From contig OZ024740.1 of assembly GCA_964016885.1 (NCBI GenBank), forward strand, positions 350,982,001 through 351,046,000: a stretch of 64,000 nucleotides of DNA, in the 5' to 3' direction. The notes under the pieces are model-generated. The model was not told the DNA's origin. It saw only the letters and a program-made list of their open reading frames with translations, and did not search any database. Of this stretch, positions 24,868 to 37,795 are shown in pieces (positions within the stretch are counted from its first letter, which is position 1; every line of letters begins with the position of its first letter). The position numbers and the translations under genes are program-made. The DNA is from Eledone cirrhosa (taxonomy: Eukaryota).

Positions 24868-27800
24868 CAATGGTGTAGCTAGGGCACATGCCACGGGCGC
24901 CATATTTAGGGGGGCGCAATTTCGACCTAGATCGATTTACATCCATGTCCTTTTATCATTTTTAAAGATATAAGCCAAAAATGAAGCATGTGATTTCTTG
25001 ATAGCCGACTTCCACGCCATGTCTAGTGCACTAGACAGAGCAGATGTCTGATTTGACTTCACAAAAACGCCCCCGCCCCCTTGACACCGACAGCAGGGTG
25101 GGTTGCAATTATGCGGGCACTACATTTAGCTATACATTGCAAAACAGCGGATACCTCACTTGACCTCACAAAACCGCCCCGCCCCCACACACACTGACTG
25201 AAGGGACGTAGTTTTGGACGTGCAACTGGTGGACACGCAGGCGCTATTTTTAGCAATGCATTGCAATGACCAATACAAGATAATTATAATTATGAAGCTG
25301 GTTTACAAAACAGAGTAGTTTGTCTTTTACAACTGGTACATAAGACGTATAGAAAAGGTATCATAATCCAAATGGCCAGATAGGATCGGATAGCTTCTAT
25401 TAGGAATTCAATTTTACTCCAGTTTAGATGGTTCAATCTTTTCTTCTATAATATAAATGTTTTGATGGAAGGCTGCGTGTGATGTATGCAGACAAGAATG
25501 ATATATACGTAATGTTCATTTACAGTTCACTGGATAAAGATGTTAATTGGTTATGCATTTGTATATGAATGAATAAAGGAGACAACAGAGATTATCAACG
25601 ATGTATAAATGAATATGTTTTATTAGTGTGCTAAGTTGAATATGTATGTTACATATAATCAAATTCATACCTGTGTGTGTTAAGTCCTAATGAAGGATTT
25701 AAATGATCGCCACGTGCGGTCCCATAGTGGGGATCCCATCACGTGCGTACGGTCAGAGCAAAAGCCATCTGCGTCCGCTCAGCACCAAGGCTGAGTTGGA
25801 AAGAGGACGCCGTGATGTCAGAGCCACGGGAAGGTAACTCTGCACGGCCTAGTTACAAAGGCAAGAGAGTTCCACTAAATCACTACAGACGTATACTTCT
25901 TCATCCCGAGATTGAGTCCTGCATCCCTTGTGATTTTGCACAAAAGTAAGTCAATATTGTCATATCAGCGCAGAATGTGGGATTAGCCCTGATTTCCATG
26001 ATTTATAAGCTAATATAAGAAGTTTAGATTTGACTTTTTTCAGTTTATACTTAAAAAACAGTTGTGGAATGAACTGAAAACGAATTTTTCGAATATGATT
26101 TTAAATTCTTGACACACTGTTGATTACTGATGTCTATCACTTGCTTATAAAATAAAGTTAACACCGAAGTTGGATTGCTAAATACGTTGTACTAAAATAG
26201 TTAAAATGTACACTCATGATTTATTTCCATTTTCTCACTTTGTATGTTATTGTCACCGCATAAATGAAACGTTTTATCGGCAAAAAGGAAAGCGGAGCTG
26301 AAGGACGAAAGAGGCGCAAGTTGGAGGCAGAAGAAGCCAAGAAGTCAAGCCAGATGATGCTGTCCTATTTCTCAGGGCCTGAACCATGTTGCTCCGGAAA
26401 TTTTACGGAGTCGGTTGAGCCGTTTACTAACGTATTTGAAGCGGAAGGAGTAATGAATACAAGCGCATCTGACGATAATGAATTCACATCAAGTCAACAA
26501 AAGCCAGAAGAGGTGGAAAGTGAAATTGTTAAAGAGATCGTTGGTACATCTGGATCAGAGGGAGAATGTTGCTGTGAAGTCGATGATGTCAAGGTTAACG
26601 CTGAAACGATGCCCTGTGGAACTGAGAGGAACATATTTATTGAATTTGAGAAACCTTTAAATGGTATGCGGGACGTTATTGAGCAACGTGATATCGGTCT
26701 ATTGAAGTTGAACAAGACGACCGGGAAAGCAATTCTCTCTGACACGCTGAGAATGGAGATATTATGACTGGGCTGGAAATACTTTCAAAATAGTGAAGGG
26801 CCTTTTTAATATACAAATAAACGGGCAATGAACAAGAGTTGGTTCAAGAGAAAACTAGGAAATGGTCGTGGTGAGGAAATAAATCGCTCATGGCTCTCTT
26901 ACTCTCCTTCAAAAAAGTCCGCCTTCTGCATATGTTGTATTCTCTTTTCGCGATCAGAGCATCAATCGTCGTTAGAGCAAGAATGTGGGTTTAATAACTG
27001 GAAAGGACCAGAAAGAAGGCGTAGTCACGAAAATTCTAAGAATCATCGTGAATGCTTTACACTGTGGAAATAAATGGAGAGAAAAGGCGCAATAAATGAC
27101 GGGCTTATTGACGCGGAATTTCAGTTACAGATAAAAAATGAAAGACAGAAGTGGCGCGAAATTTTAACTAGAATTCTCCACTGTATCAAATTCTTAGCGA
27201 CTCACAATCTAGTTTTAAGAGGACACAGAGAGTCACTTCAGCTAAAGGACGAGCTCAACGTCAAAAATTTAAAAGGATTGCTTAAACTGCTTGCTACCTT
27301 TGACTCTGTCACGAAAGAGCACCTCAATCATGTAGAAATACATCCTGGGTCCACGTTCTATCTTTCGCCAGATATACAAAATGAGTTCATCCACATCATG
27401 GCCTCCACAGTTCGTCAGAATTTACTAAATCGTATCCAAAAAGCAAGATACTATGGTCTGCTGATTGATTCGACCCCTGACCAGGCGCACCGAGAACAAC
27501 TGTCCAAAGTTGTGCGATATGTCGATGTTGATTTCAATATGAAGACGGTCGTTGTGAGGGAATCTTTTCTTGGATTCATTAAAGTAATCAAAAAAGATGC
27601 CGCAAGCCTTGTTGAAACAATCGTGAAAGAGCTAGAAACAGTGACCTACGACTGCAGAACTGTCGATCGCAGTACTACGACAATGCTGCCATAATGACTG
27701 GACACCGCAGTGGGGTTCAGCAGAGAATGAGAGAGAATAATAATTTGATTCACTTCGTTAATTGCGATAACCATTCACTTAATCTGGCTGGTCTTCATGC

Positions 27801-29011
27801 AGCCAAACATGATTCTGCTATGATGTATTTTTTCAGTTGCATTGACTCGTTATACAACTATTTTTCTCGTTCAACACGACGATGGGAAGCCCTTAAAGAA
27901 GTTGCTCCAGTGGTTGTTAAATTCCTTCCGGCACGCGTTGGAGTGCTAGATGTACCGCAGTCAGACCGGTGGCGAATTATTTGACGCTGATTGTTCAAGT
28001 TCTCGAAAAAATTAGTGATGATGAAACAGAGACATGCGAGAGTAGAAGTGATGTCAGTAATCTCCATAATCGGATACTGAGTTATGAATTCCTGAACTTG
28101 ATTGGATTCTGGAACACGATTCTCTCACGAATTGACCGGGTGCAAAAGAGATTTCAAGATCCAAGAATGAATTTTCACATCCTAAATCTACGAGTCTCTT
28201 GAAATGGGCTTCGACCTCTGCCAGAAATGGAATGTCGATTTTCCGAAGAGGCGGGGAAGACGACAAACCAATACCGAAATTACTGAGGACGTCGAGGTGG
28301 CTGCCAGAAAAGAGATAGAGAGGGCAATGCAAAGTTCACTCACTCGTCTTCAAACAGAAATGGAAGAACGGTTTATTTGACTTAAGGAAACCGACTCAAG
28401 TTTTGGCTTTCTTCTTGATGTCAACTATCTGTTTTATTTGGCTGCTCCTGATAACCCTGTCCTTAAACAAAGGTGCAACAGTCTTGCGGAACTATACAAC
28501 TCCGACATCGACGGAGAGCAATTGTATCAGGAAATCTTGGACTGCCGATCGTTGCTGGCTACTAGGACAGCTGACTCGATTTTAAAGCCGGAGGCACTTC
28601 TCCAATTCATCATACAATACGGCGATGAATGTGTTTTTCCCAATTTGCAAATCAGCATTCAAATAATGTCGACGATTTCTATTTCAATTGCCAGTTACGA
28701 GAGGTCGTTCAGAAAGCTGAAGCGAAACATTCGTACTTGCGAACCTCAATGGGCCAACAACGTCTGACTGACCTCGCCCTTTTGAGTGTAGAAATCGAAG
28801 AGTTTGAACGAACTGATTTCAAGGAATTATCAAACAGTTTGCCTCATTAAAAGCCCGAAAGGTCAAGTTGTAACCGTTTTTTTGTTTTTTTAATTATAAA
28901 TTCTACCGCAATTTCGTCTTTGTGCATCTTGACCTTTTGATGGGGGGTGGAGGGGGGGGGGGGCAATTTTGATGCTTGCCCTGGGTGCCGTTTACCATAG
29001 CTACGCCACTG
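24868..29011 (+). mobile_element. hAT DNA transposon (full span, decayed)
   Basis: TIR CAATGGTGTAGCTA / TAGCTACGCCACTG; 8-bp TSD CATATATA at 24860-24867 and 29012-29019. Confidence 0.92.
26264..28880 (+). pseudogene. hAT transposase (TTF-type Zn finger, DUF4371, hATC dimerisation; ZMYM1-like), multiple stops and frameshifts
   Basis: RSWLSYSPSKKSAFCICCILF; LRGHRE; YLSPDIQNEFI; DSTPDQAHREQLS..VRYV; CDNHSLNL; FPNL..SIASYERSFRKLK. Confidence 0.9.
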
Positions 29012-29250
29012 CATATATATATATACATATACAGATATATACACACATACATACACACATATACAGATATATACACATATATACACATACATACAGATAT
29101 ATACACATACATAACACATACACATACATATATACATATATACATATGCACACATATATACACATATACATACACATACATATACATATAGACGCACGCA
29201 CACACACGCATTATCATGCATACACACGCACATACGTATATATATATATA

Positions 29251-29666
29251 TAGGAGAAAGTATGACCCCGACGGCAGAGCTCAAGCCGTTTCGACGGCTA
29301 TTTCTGGACTAATGTAAGAGATTTTTTAGTCTGGTAAATAAATAGGCGAACTTTTCAAGGGAAACTTCCTTATATGGGAAGATTGTAGTTGTCAAGAGGA
29401 TTGGTCAAAATTTGTGTCTGCTACAAATTTTGACCAATCCTCTTGACAACTACAATCTTCCCATATACGGATTTACCCCATGAAAAGTTCGGCTATTTAT
29501 TTACCTGACTAAAAAACTCTTACTTTAGTCCAGCAATAGCCGTCGAAACGGCTTGAGTTCTGCCGTCGGGGTCATACTTTTTCCTATTTCCCACTCTACT
29601 ACCCTAAGTATTGAGTACTCTGGTGCGTTAAGGTCCATCTGGTTCCTTACCACAACTCCCTCGTTA
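29251..29666. mobile_element. Family D fold-back element (arms ~29251-29415 / 29421-29587, tail to 29666)
   Basis: About 165-bp inverted repeat with ~5-nt loop; (TA)-rich flanks. Confidence 0.88.
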
Positions 29667-29791
29667 TATATATATTCATACGCACACCTGTACACACATA
29701 TATATATATATATACACACGTACACTCACATATATATATACACATATATACATACACATACATCTAAATACATATGCACACATATACACTC

Positions 29792-29822
<31 letters not shown>

Positions 29823-30346
29823 AAAGAATAGAGGTGTAACACACAAGTTATTATATATTGGTAAACGGAATAGAAAATGCTGACAAATTGTTCACAGTTG
29901 AAAAATGGTTTAATTAGGAATAAAAGAGTATTAGTGATTGTATGGGTTAGTATTCAGTTGTGGTTTTAAGTTTTTAAGTTTTTACCGGTTGCGCATTTCT
30001 AAATGCTTTTCAAAAATAATTTTGAGATAGAGTGTCCGTGCTGTTTGCTCTGATCTGATTAGTTTTGGGAATTCTACTTGTTTTTATGTTAAAAAAGTGG
30101 CTCCAGCGTTAATTTTGTGTTGCAAAAATGCTTGTGGTCAAAACAATTTTGATTGGTCGGTAGAGGTCATGTGAATGTAAAAAGTTGATTTTGCGCCAAG
30201 ACTGTTTTTATGTTAAAAAAGTGGCTCCAGCAAAAATTCTTGGTCAAAACAATTTTGATTGGTCGGTAGAGGTCATGTGGATAAAAAATTGGTTTTGCGC
30301 CAAGATTGAGAAATGACTCTTTCACAACAAATATGTGTGTGTGTGT

Positions 30347-30437
<91 letters not shown>

Positions 30438-30521
30438 TGTGTGTGTGTGTAGTAGTAGTATTAAGGTGTTCGATGCTGCGGCAATGGCCAGCAGCGATGA
30501 GTGTCAAATGGCTATTAAGAT

Positions 30522-30580
<59 letters not shown>

Positions 30581-30754
30581 GCAGAGTAATTCGATGGTCA
30601 GTAAGAATGTGTCTGAAAGCAATGGGGGGTATTTTAGCATGTCAAAAGATATTTTTCAGCTTTTGTCTTATACGGAGAAGTGCGTGTGTGTGTGTGTGTG
30701 TGTGTGTGTATAAGTCTCTCTGTATGTTGATGTACGCGTGTGTATGTGTTTGTG

Positions 30755-30797
<43 letters not shown>

Positions 30798-31119
30798 ACC
30801 AGTATTTTTTTCCCCCTGGTAAAATGGTGTACATTATTCGATTTTTTCAGTAAAATCGGTTCTCTTAATAGAACATCAAAAATCTTAACAATAAAAAGGT
30901 GTGAAATGATATTCACTATATATATATACACATACATATATTCACTACATATATATATATATATATATATACATATACACATACATATATATGCACATAT
31001 ATTTTTTTGTATTGCACCATAGAGCATGTGTGTTTACGTGTGTCATTGTGTTTATATGTGGGTAGAGATGTGTGCTGATGTAGGTATGTATGTTGACGTG
31101 TGTATGTTGTGGGTTCGTC

Positions 31120-33010
31120 TTAGGGAGAAGTGTTTAGACGGGGTCCGTATTTGTTAATGAAGTAAGATTCCTTGCTGATGCGCTGGGTGTGGGTGGCATT
31201 ATCTTTAAATTTGTAGAGGGGAAATATTCTGAAGTTGGGATGATTTTGGGCGGCACAGGTATCAATGTGTTCACTCAGTGGTATTTTCCTGTATTCCCGT
31301 ATTTTAATTTGGGATCTATGGACAGTCATGCGTTGGCGGAGGCTGTTTTTGGTCTGGCCTATGTATTGTTCTCGACAACCTGAACAAGTTAATACATATA
31401 TTAGATTTTCCGATGCACATGTGAAATTGTGTTTTACTATAAAACGTTGTCCATCTTTGAAATAGAATTCCGAACCCTCTATTAGGTTGATGCAAATGTC
31501 ACAGTTGGGTCTATCGCATTTTTTTACTGTGGGTTTCGTTGTTGTGGTTGGCAGTACTTTGGCATGTGTTAAGATGTTTTTCATTGACTTGGATTGTCTT
31601 TTGCTCTTTATGATATCGTGTGTTCGTAGAATTTGGTTCATTCTATGGTCCCTTTTCAATACAGGGATGTTCTGGAGGATGGTGTCAAAGGCCTCATTGT
31701 TGAGGGGGTTGTGTGTGGAGATGTATGGAAGAGCTTTTAGTTTTGGTTGATTTACTTTAGGGTGTCTAAGGTCCTGGGTACTGAGTTTTAGGGCACGTTG
31801 GATTCCATTGTCAATTAGTGATGCAGGGTAGTCCCTGCCTATGAGTGTGTCCTTTAGTTCTTGTAGCCGTAAGTAGCAGATGTTTTTATTGGAGACTATA
31901 GTACAGATTCTCTTGGCTAAGTTGTAGGGAATATTAATTTTAACGTGTCTAGGGTGGCAAGAGTTGAAGGGGAGATATTGCTTGGAGTCTGTGGGCTTGT
32001 AGTATATGTCTGTTTCTATTTTTTTGTTATGGATCTTAATGAGGATGTCGAGGAAGGGGAGTTGTTGATGGCTGTATTCCATCGTGAAGTTAATATTTGT
32101 GTTGAACCCATTTATAAGGGTGTGAAATTCTTTAAGTTTTTCGATGTTTTCGTGCCAAAGGATGAAGCAGTCATCTAGATATCGCTTCCAGTTCCTTTCA
32201 ATGTGTAAGTGGAGGGTGTTTCCAAATTTGTTTAGTACTTTAGTGTAGAGGGTGATTTTCAGGTATCCCATGACTAGGTTGGCATAAGTAGGGGCTGTTT
32301 TCGTTCCCATAGCGGTCCCAGATTTCTGCCTGTAGGGTTTGTTATTGAAAACGAAGTAATTGTTCTCCAAGATTAATTTGAGTCCCTCTATCACGAATTC
32401 TTTTTTGATGCGTTGTGGGAGTTCATTGTGGAAATTATCCAGCCAGAATTGGATAGCTTCTATTCCTAGGTTGTGGGGGATGTTGGAGTATAGGTTGACT
32501 ACATCGAACGTCACTAGTAGGGTTTGTTCAGAAAGTGGCATATTAGGGAGGTGATTGAGCATATCTAGGTCGTCCCTTATATAGCTTTTGATGTGCTTGA
32601 GGAAGGGTTTGAGAAGGGTATCAATGAAGTTGCTAAGACGGTGCGTTTCGCAAGCGGGGCCTGCTATTATAGGTCTTAATTTGAGATCATTGGGTGAGGG
32701 GACATTGATGACTATGTCTGTGGCTTCCTTGCATGCCTTACTGATTGATTAGCTTTTATGTACTTTAGGGATACCGTAGAAAAGGCTGGATTTACTTGTG
32801 AAGTCTGTGATGAAGCTGAATTCCTTGTTAGTGAGTCCTTCTTTGTATTGGTTGATTAGAGTTTTTATGTTTCTCATAATTTTCTGTTGATTGTAGTGTT
32901 CAGCCTTTTCGTAGTATGTTTCGTTTTCCAAAGTGGAGAGCGCTAAGTTGATATAGAATTCTGTCTCCATTAGGACTACTGTACTCCCTTTATCAGCCTC
33001 TTTAATTGTA
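31120..33010 (-). CDS. PLE reverse transcriptase + GIY-YIG endonuclease (one in-frame stop at 32749-32751; N-terminus missing)
   Basis: IKEADKG; FYGIPKVHK; LRPII; LVTFDVVNLYSNIP; GTAMGTKTAPTYANL; RYLDD; LPFLD; YYKPTD; C..C..C; NLIYVLTCSGCREQYIGQT..R...H. Confidence 0.95.
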
Positions 33011-33137
33011 ATTCGTACTGACCATCGAATTACTCTGCTATACACACACACACACACACACACTTATCTTAATAGCCATTTGACACACATCGCTGCTGGC
33101 CATTGTCGCAGCATCGAACACCTTACTACTACTACTA

Positions 33138-33242
<105 letters not shown>

Positions 33243-33567
33243 TACACACACATATTTGTTGTGAAAGAGTCATTTCTCAATCTTGGCGCAAAACCAATTT
33301 TTTATCCACATGACCTCTACCGACCAATCAAAATTGTTTTGACCAAGAATTTTTGCTGGAGCCACTTTTTTAACATAAAAACAGTCTTGGCGCAAAATCA
33401 ACTTTTTACATTCACATGACCTCTACCGACCAATCAAAATTGTTTTGACCACAAGCATTTTTGCAACACAAAATTAACGCTGGAGCCACTTTTTTAACAT
33501 AAAAACAGGTAGAATTCCCAAAACTAATCAGATCAGAGCAAACAGCACGGACACTCTATCTCAAAAT

Positions 33568-33607
33568 TATTTTTGAAAAGCATTTAGAAATGCGCAACCG
33601 GTAAAAA
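33568..33607 (+). ncRNA. Hammerhead-like variant in Neptune pLTR (UUGAAAA core; GCAA in place of GAAA); antisense copy ~29979-30018
   Basis: TTGAAAA-GCATTT ag AAATGC-GCAA-CCGG-TA-AAAA; palindromic stem III ACCGGT. Confidence 0.5.
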
Positions 33608-33724
33608 CTTAAAAACTTAAAACCACAACTGAATACTAACCCATACAATCACTAATACTCTTTTATTCCTAATTAAACCATTTTTCAACTGTGAACAATT
33701 TGTCAGCATTTTCTATTCCGTTTA

Positions 33725-33806
<82 letters not shown>

Positions 33807-33906
33807 TACACATATATATATTTATATAAATATATATAGCGTGAAATCAAAGACTATATCAATTGTGCTGCATCTCTGTTTTATGTTCTCTGCTCGTATA
33901 ATAAAC

Positions 33907-34058
<152 letters not shown>

Positions 34059-34112
34059 CATACACATACATACATAGATGCCTACATCCTCACACATACA
34101 CATATACACACA

Positions 34113-34176
<64 letters not shown>

Positions 34177-34224
34177 TATATATATATATATATATGCATA
34201 CACACATATATATACACATACGAA

Positions 34225-35118
<894 letters not shown>

Positions 35119-35605
35119 TATATATATATATAATTCAAATCAAACATATATGTATATAGCCATATATCATTAGCGAAAGACGTAGTATTTTGTACATACA
35201 TATAAAAAGCATATAATATTTTGGAAACAGCATATACTTTAAGGTGGAAAAGTTATTTTCATCCTTACGGCCGTCGTATTATAGCCTCTAGAACCAGTCT
35301 GAAAATCAATCTAAGCAATCGTTAATCGATTACCAAGTATCGATTTTGGCATAGATCCGCAAGACGCGGAACTAATCGTCAGAGGAAATAAAGTACAAAA
35401 TACCTTTATATCTGTTATGTTCCACAATGCATGTCAATCCATACTTGTGGCCTGAATTAATTTGTAATAGTGGCCGCAGATAGAAATAGGACTAGACGTC
35501 GAGTCCGCTAGAAAGAGGTGCAATGTACCAGAGTCAGCACAAGCAGCTCCACAAGTTAAGAATTTGGAGCAGATGTATATTAATGTTCGAAAAAGCAGCA
35601 ACAGC

Positions 35606-35623
35606 ATTAGTAGTAGTAGTATT

Positions 35624-35713
<90 letters not shown>
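35606..35713. repeat. (TAG)n/(TTA)n trinucleotide microsatellite
   Basis: Direct reading. Confidence 0.98.
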
Positions 35714-35714
<1 letters not shown>

Positions 35715-35816
35715 AGATCTCCTATTTTTCTGAAGGGAGAAAGCTATGTAACCACTTCCTGGACACACACATTTTGGGATTTTATCATGATTTACGCACC
35801 GGGTGATGCATTGTGT

Positions 35817-35888
35817 CATTACCTTTCGGACATTACCTTTCCCTGAATCGGACATTACCTTTCCCTGAATCGGACATTACCTTTCCCT
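35817..35888. repeat. 24-bp tandem repeat (CGGACATTACCTTTCCCTGAAT-like unit), about 3 copies
   Basis: Direct reading. Confidence 0.85.
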
Positions 35889-36173
35889 TGGATAACATCG
35901 GTGGTGGGGAGCCGAGAGGCGGGTAAATATAAACGACTACTGCTCTTCCACAAACATCCTTGACCGGATTTGTGCCTCGGATGGGAAATTTCTAGGTCAT
36001 TTGGGAGCATCTTGAGTCTTTACCCTATATATACATATAATATATATATATTTTTTAGGAACGATCGACTTTCGTCAAATCGGACCGAGGGAACAATGTT
36101 TCCGTTGGTCTTTCCAATTGTTAATACTATCTATCGGTCGCAACTCCATATATATATATGTGTGTGTGTGTAC

Positions 36174-36221
<48 letters not shown>

Positions 36222-36226
<5 letters not shown>

Positions 36227-36445
36227 GTAATAATAAATTTGAAGACTAAAATCCAAAGAGGGCTCGATAAGGATAAATATATATCAAATATATAAGAACC
36301 GTAGAGCAAATATTTATTAAAATATCAGATTAAAGTTTAAGCAAAGAATCGCTGCTTTCACCCTTAACAGGATCTTCAGATGATCCCGTTCAGGGTGAAA
36401 GCAGCGATTCTTTGCTTAAGCTTTAATCTGTTATTTTAATAAATA
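36222..36445. mobile_element. Family B fold-back element (arms ~36309-36374 / 36382-36445; tail 36222-36308)
   Basis: Inverted repeat between (TA)n tracts; CAGATGA..GAAA at centre. Confidence 0.85.
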
Positions 36446-36469
36446 TATATATATACACACACGCGCACA

Positions 36470-36505
<36 letters not shown>

Positions 36506-36508
<3 letters not shown>

Positions 36509-36670
36509 CCAAGGAAGTGTGGTAAGGAACCAGATGAACCATAACGCACCAGAGTACTCAATACTTAGGGTAGTAGAGTGGTAAATAGGAAAAAGTATGA
36601 CCCCGTTTCGACAGCTAGATTCGAACGCTCTTTTCCTATTACCCACTCTACTTCTCTAAGTATCGAGTAC
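36506..36670 (-). mobile_element. Family D fragment with short inversion
   Basis: Reverse complement of 16880-16980 followed by an inverted TTTTCCTATT..CACTCTAC segment. Confidence 0.75.
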
Positions 36671-37625
36671 TATATAGCACAGTTAGGATGATGGGTTTCA
36701 TCAGTAGGCCATCTTAATAGTGACCCAAGATATCGGTCTACTGATGAAACCCATCGTCCTAACTGTGCTATATATCGATTTATAATAATAGTAATTGGTA
36801 CGGCTTCAATCTGCACTGTATAGGCTTGAAAATATATGATTTTCTAATCTAATCCCAGTATTATAACAGTAAACTATTTACATGCTTTCTATCTCTATTT
36901 CTATTTTTTTCCCACACGTTTTATGTTATATGTTACAAGACATTAGGGTATTGTTATCTCCATAACATCGTGTAAGTGTATGCTCTGATAAGTTTTTTTC
37001 ACACTTACATTCATTGAGCGGTTATGGTGAAACGAGTTTAAATTATTGTATATCTATCTAAATTCCTGTTATATTCTATTCCGATTACTTCATATATTTG
37101 TTTGAGTTGCTTACATTGGTGTACGAAGTGAGCTATATGCAGTATTCCCGCCGAAGACGCTGCTAACCACAGATTGCTACACTTACTGTTGCAGCCACTA
37201 TGACAATGCGCATGGAGTTCAGTCCTCACTTTAACTTCTCTGTGGACTAATGATATCTTGGGTCACGATTAGGACGGCCCACTGATGAAGGCCATCGTAC
37301 TAATTTTGCTAATTAACCGTTTATTATAACAGTAATTGGTAGGGATTTTTTGCTTCAAACTACGCAGTATATGATTGAAAAATAGCCGGTTTTCGAATCT
37401 AAAGTGACTAATAAAAGATTTATCTGTTAAAATATTTAAATGCTGGCTATCTCTATTTTGCCTGCTTTCTGCCATATGTTCCAAGATATTAGGGTATTAT
37501 TTTCTCCATGACATCATCATTTAATAGTACGCTCTCATTAAGTTTCTTTTGCATCTACTTTCACTGAGCGGTTATGGCGCGATGCGGTCGAAATTATTGT
37601 ATATTAATCAACATTCCTGTTATAT
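36671..37625 (+). repeat. Family I: short fold-back (36671-36775) plus two diverged tandem units of ~540-bp period
   Basis: CTGATGAA..CCATCGT.CTAA at ~36741 and ~37282; ATTCCTGTTATAT at ~37062 and ~37613. Confidence 0.7.
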
Positions 37626-37678
37626 ATATATATATTCGTTCGACTCCTCTCAACCTCAAACACACTTCACTTAGTGAA

Positions 37679-37795
37679 GGCGTGTGGCTGAGTGGTTAGT
37701 GAATTGGATTCGCAATCGTGAGGTTGTGAGTTCGAATCCCGGACCGGGCGATGCGTTATGTCTTTGAGCAAGACACTTTATTTCACGTTGCTCCT
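37679..37795 (+). mobile_element. tRNA-derived CORE-like SINE head
   Basis: GGCGTGTGGCTGAGTGGTTAG (A box)...GAGTTCGAATCCC (B box)...TGTCTTTGAGCAAGACACTTT. Confidence 0.8.

Noticed and set aside
35817-35888. CRISPR-like repeats (also 46604-46686)
   Set aside because: Tandem units with no unique spacers, no cas genes, eukaryotic context
37679-37750. Possible tRNA gene
   Set aside because: No acceptor stem closure; continues into a CORE-like SINE body
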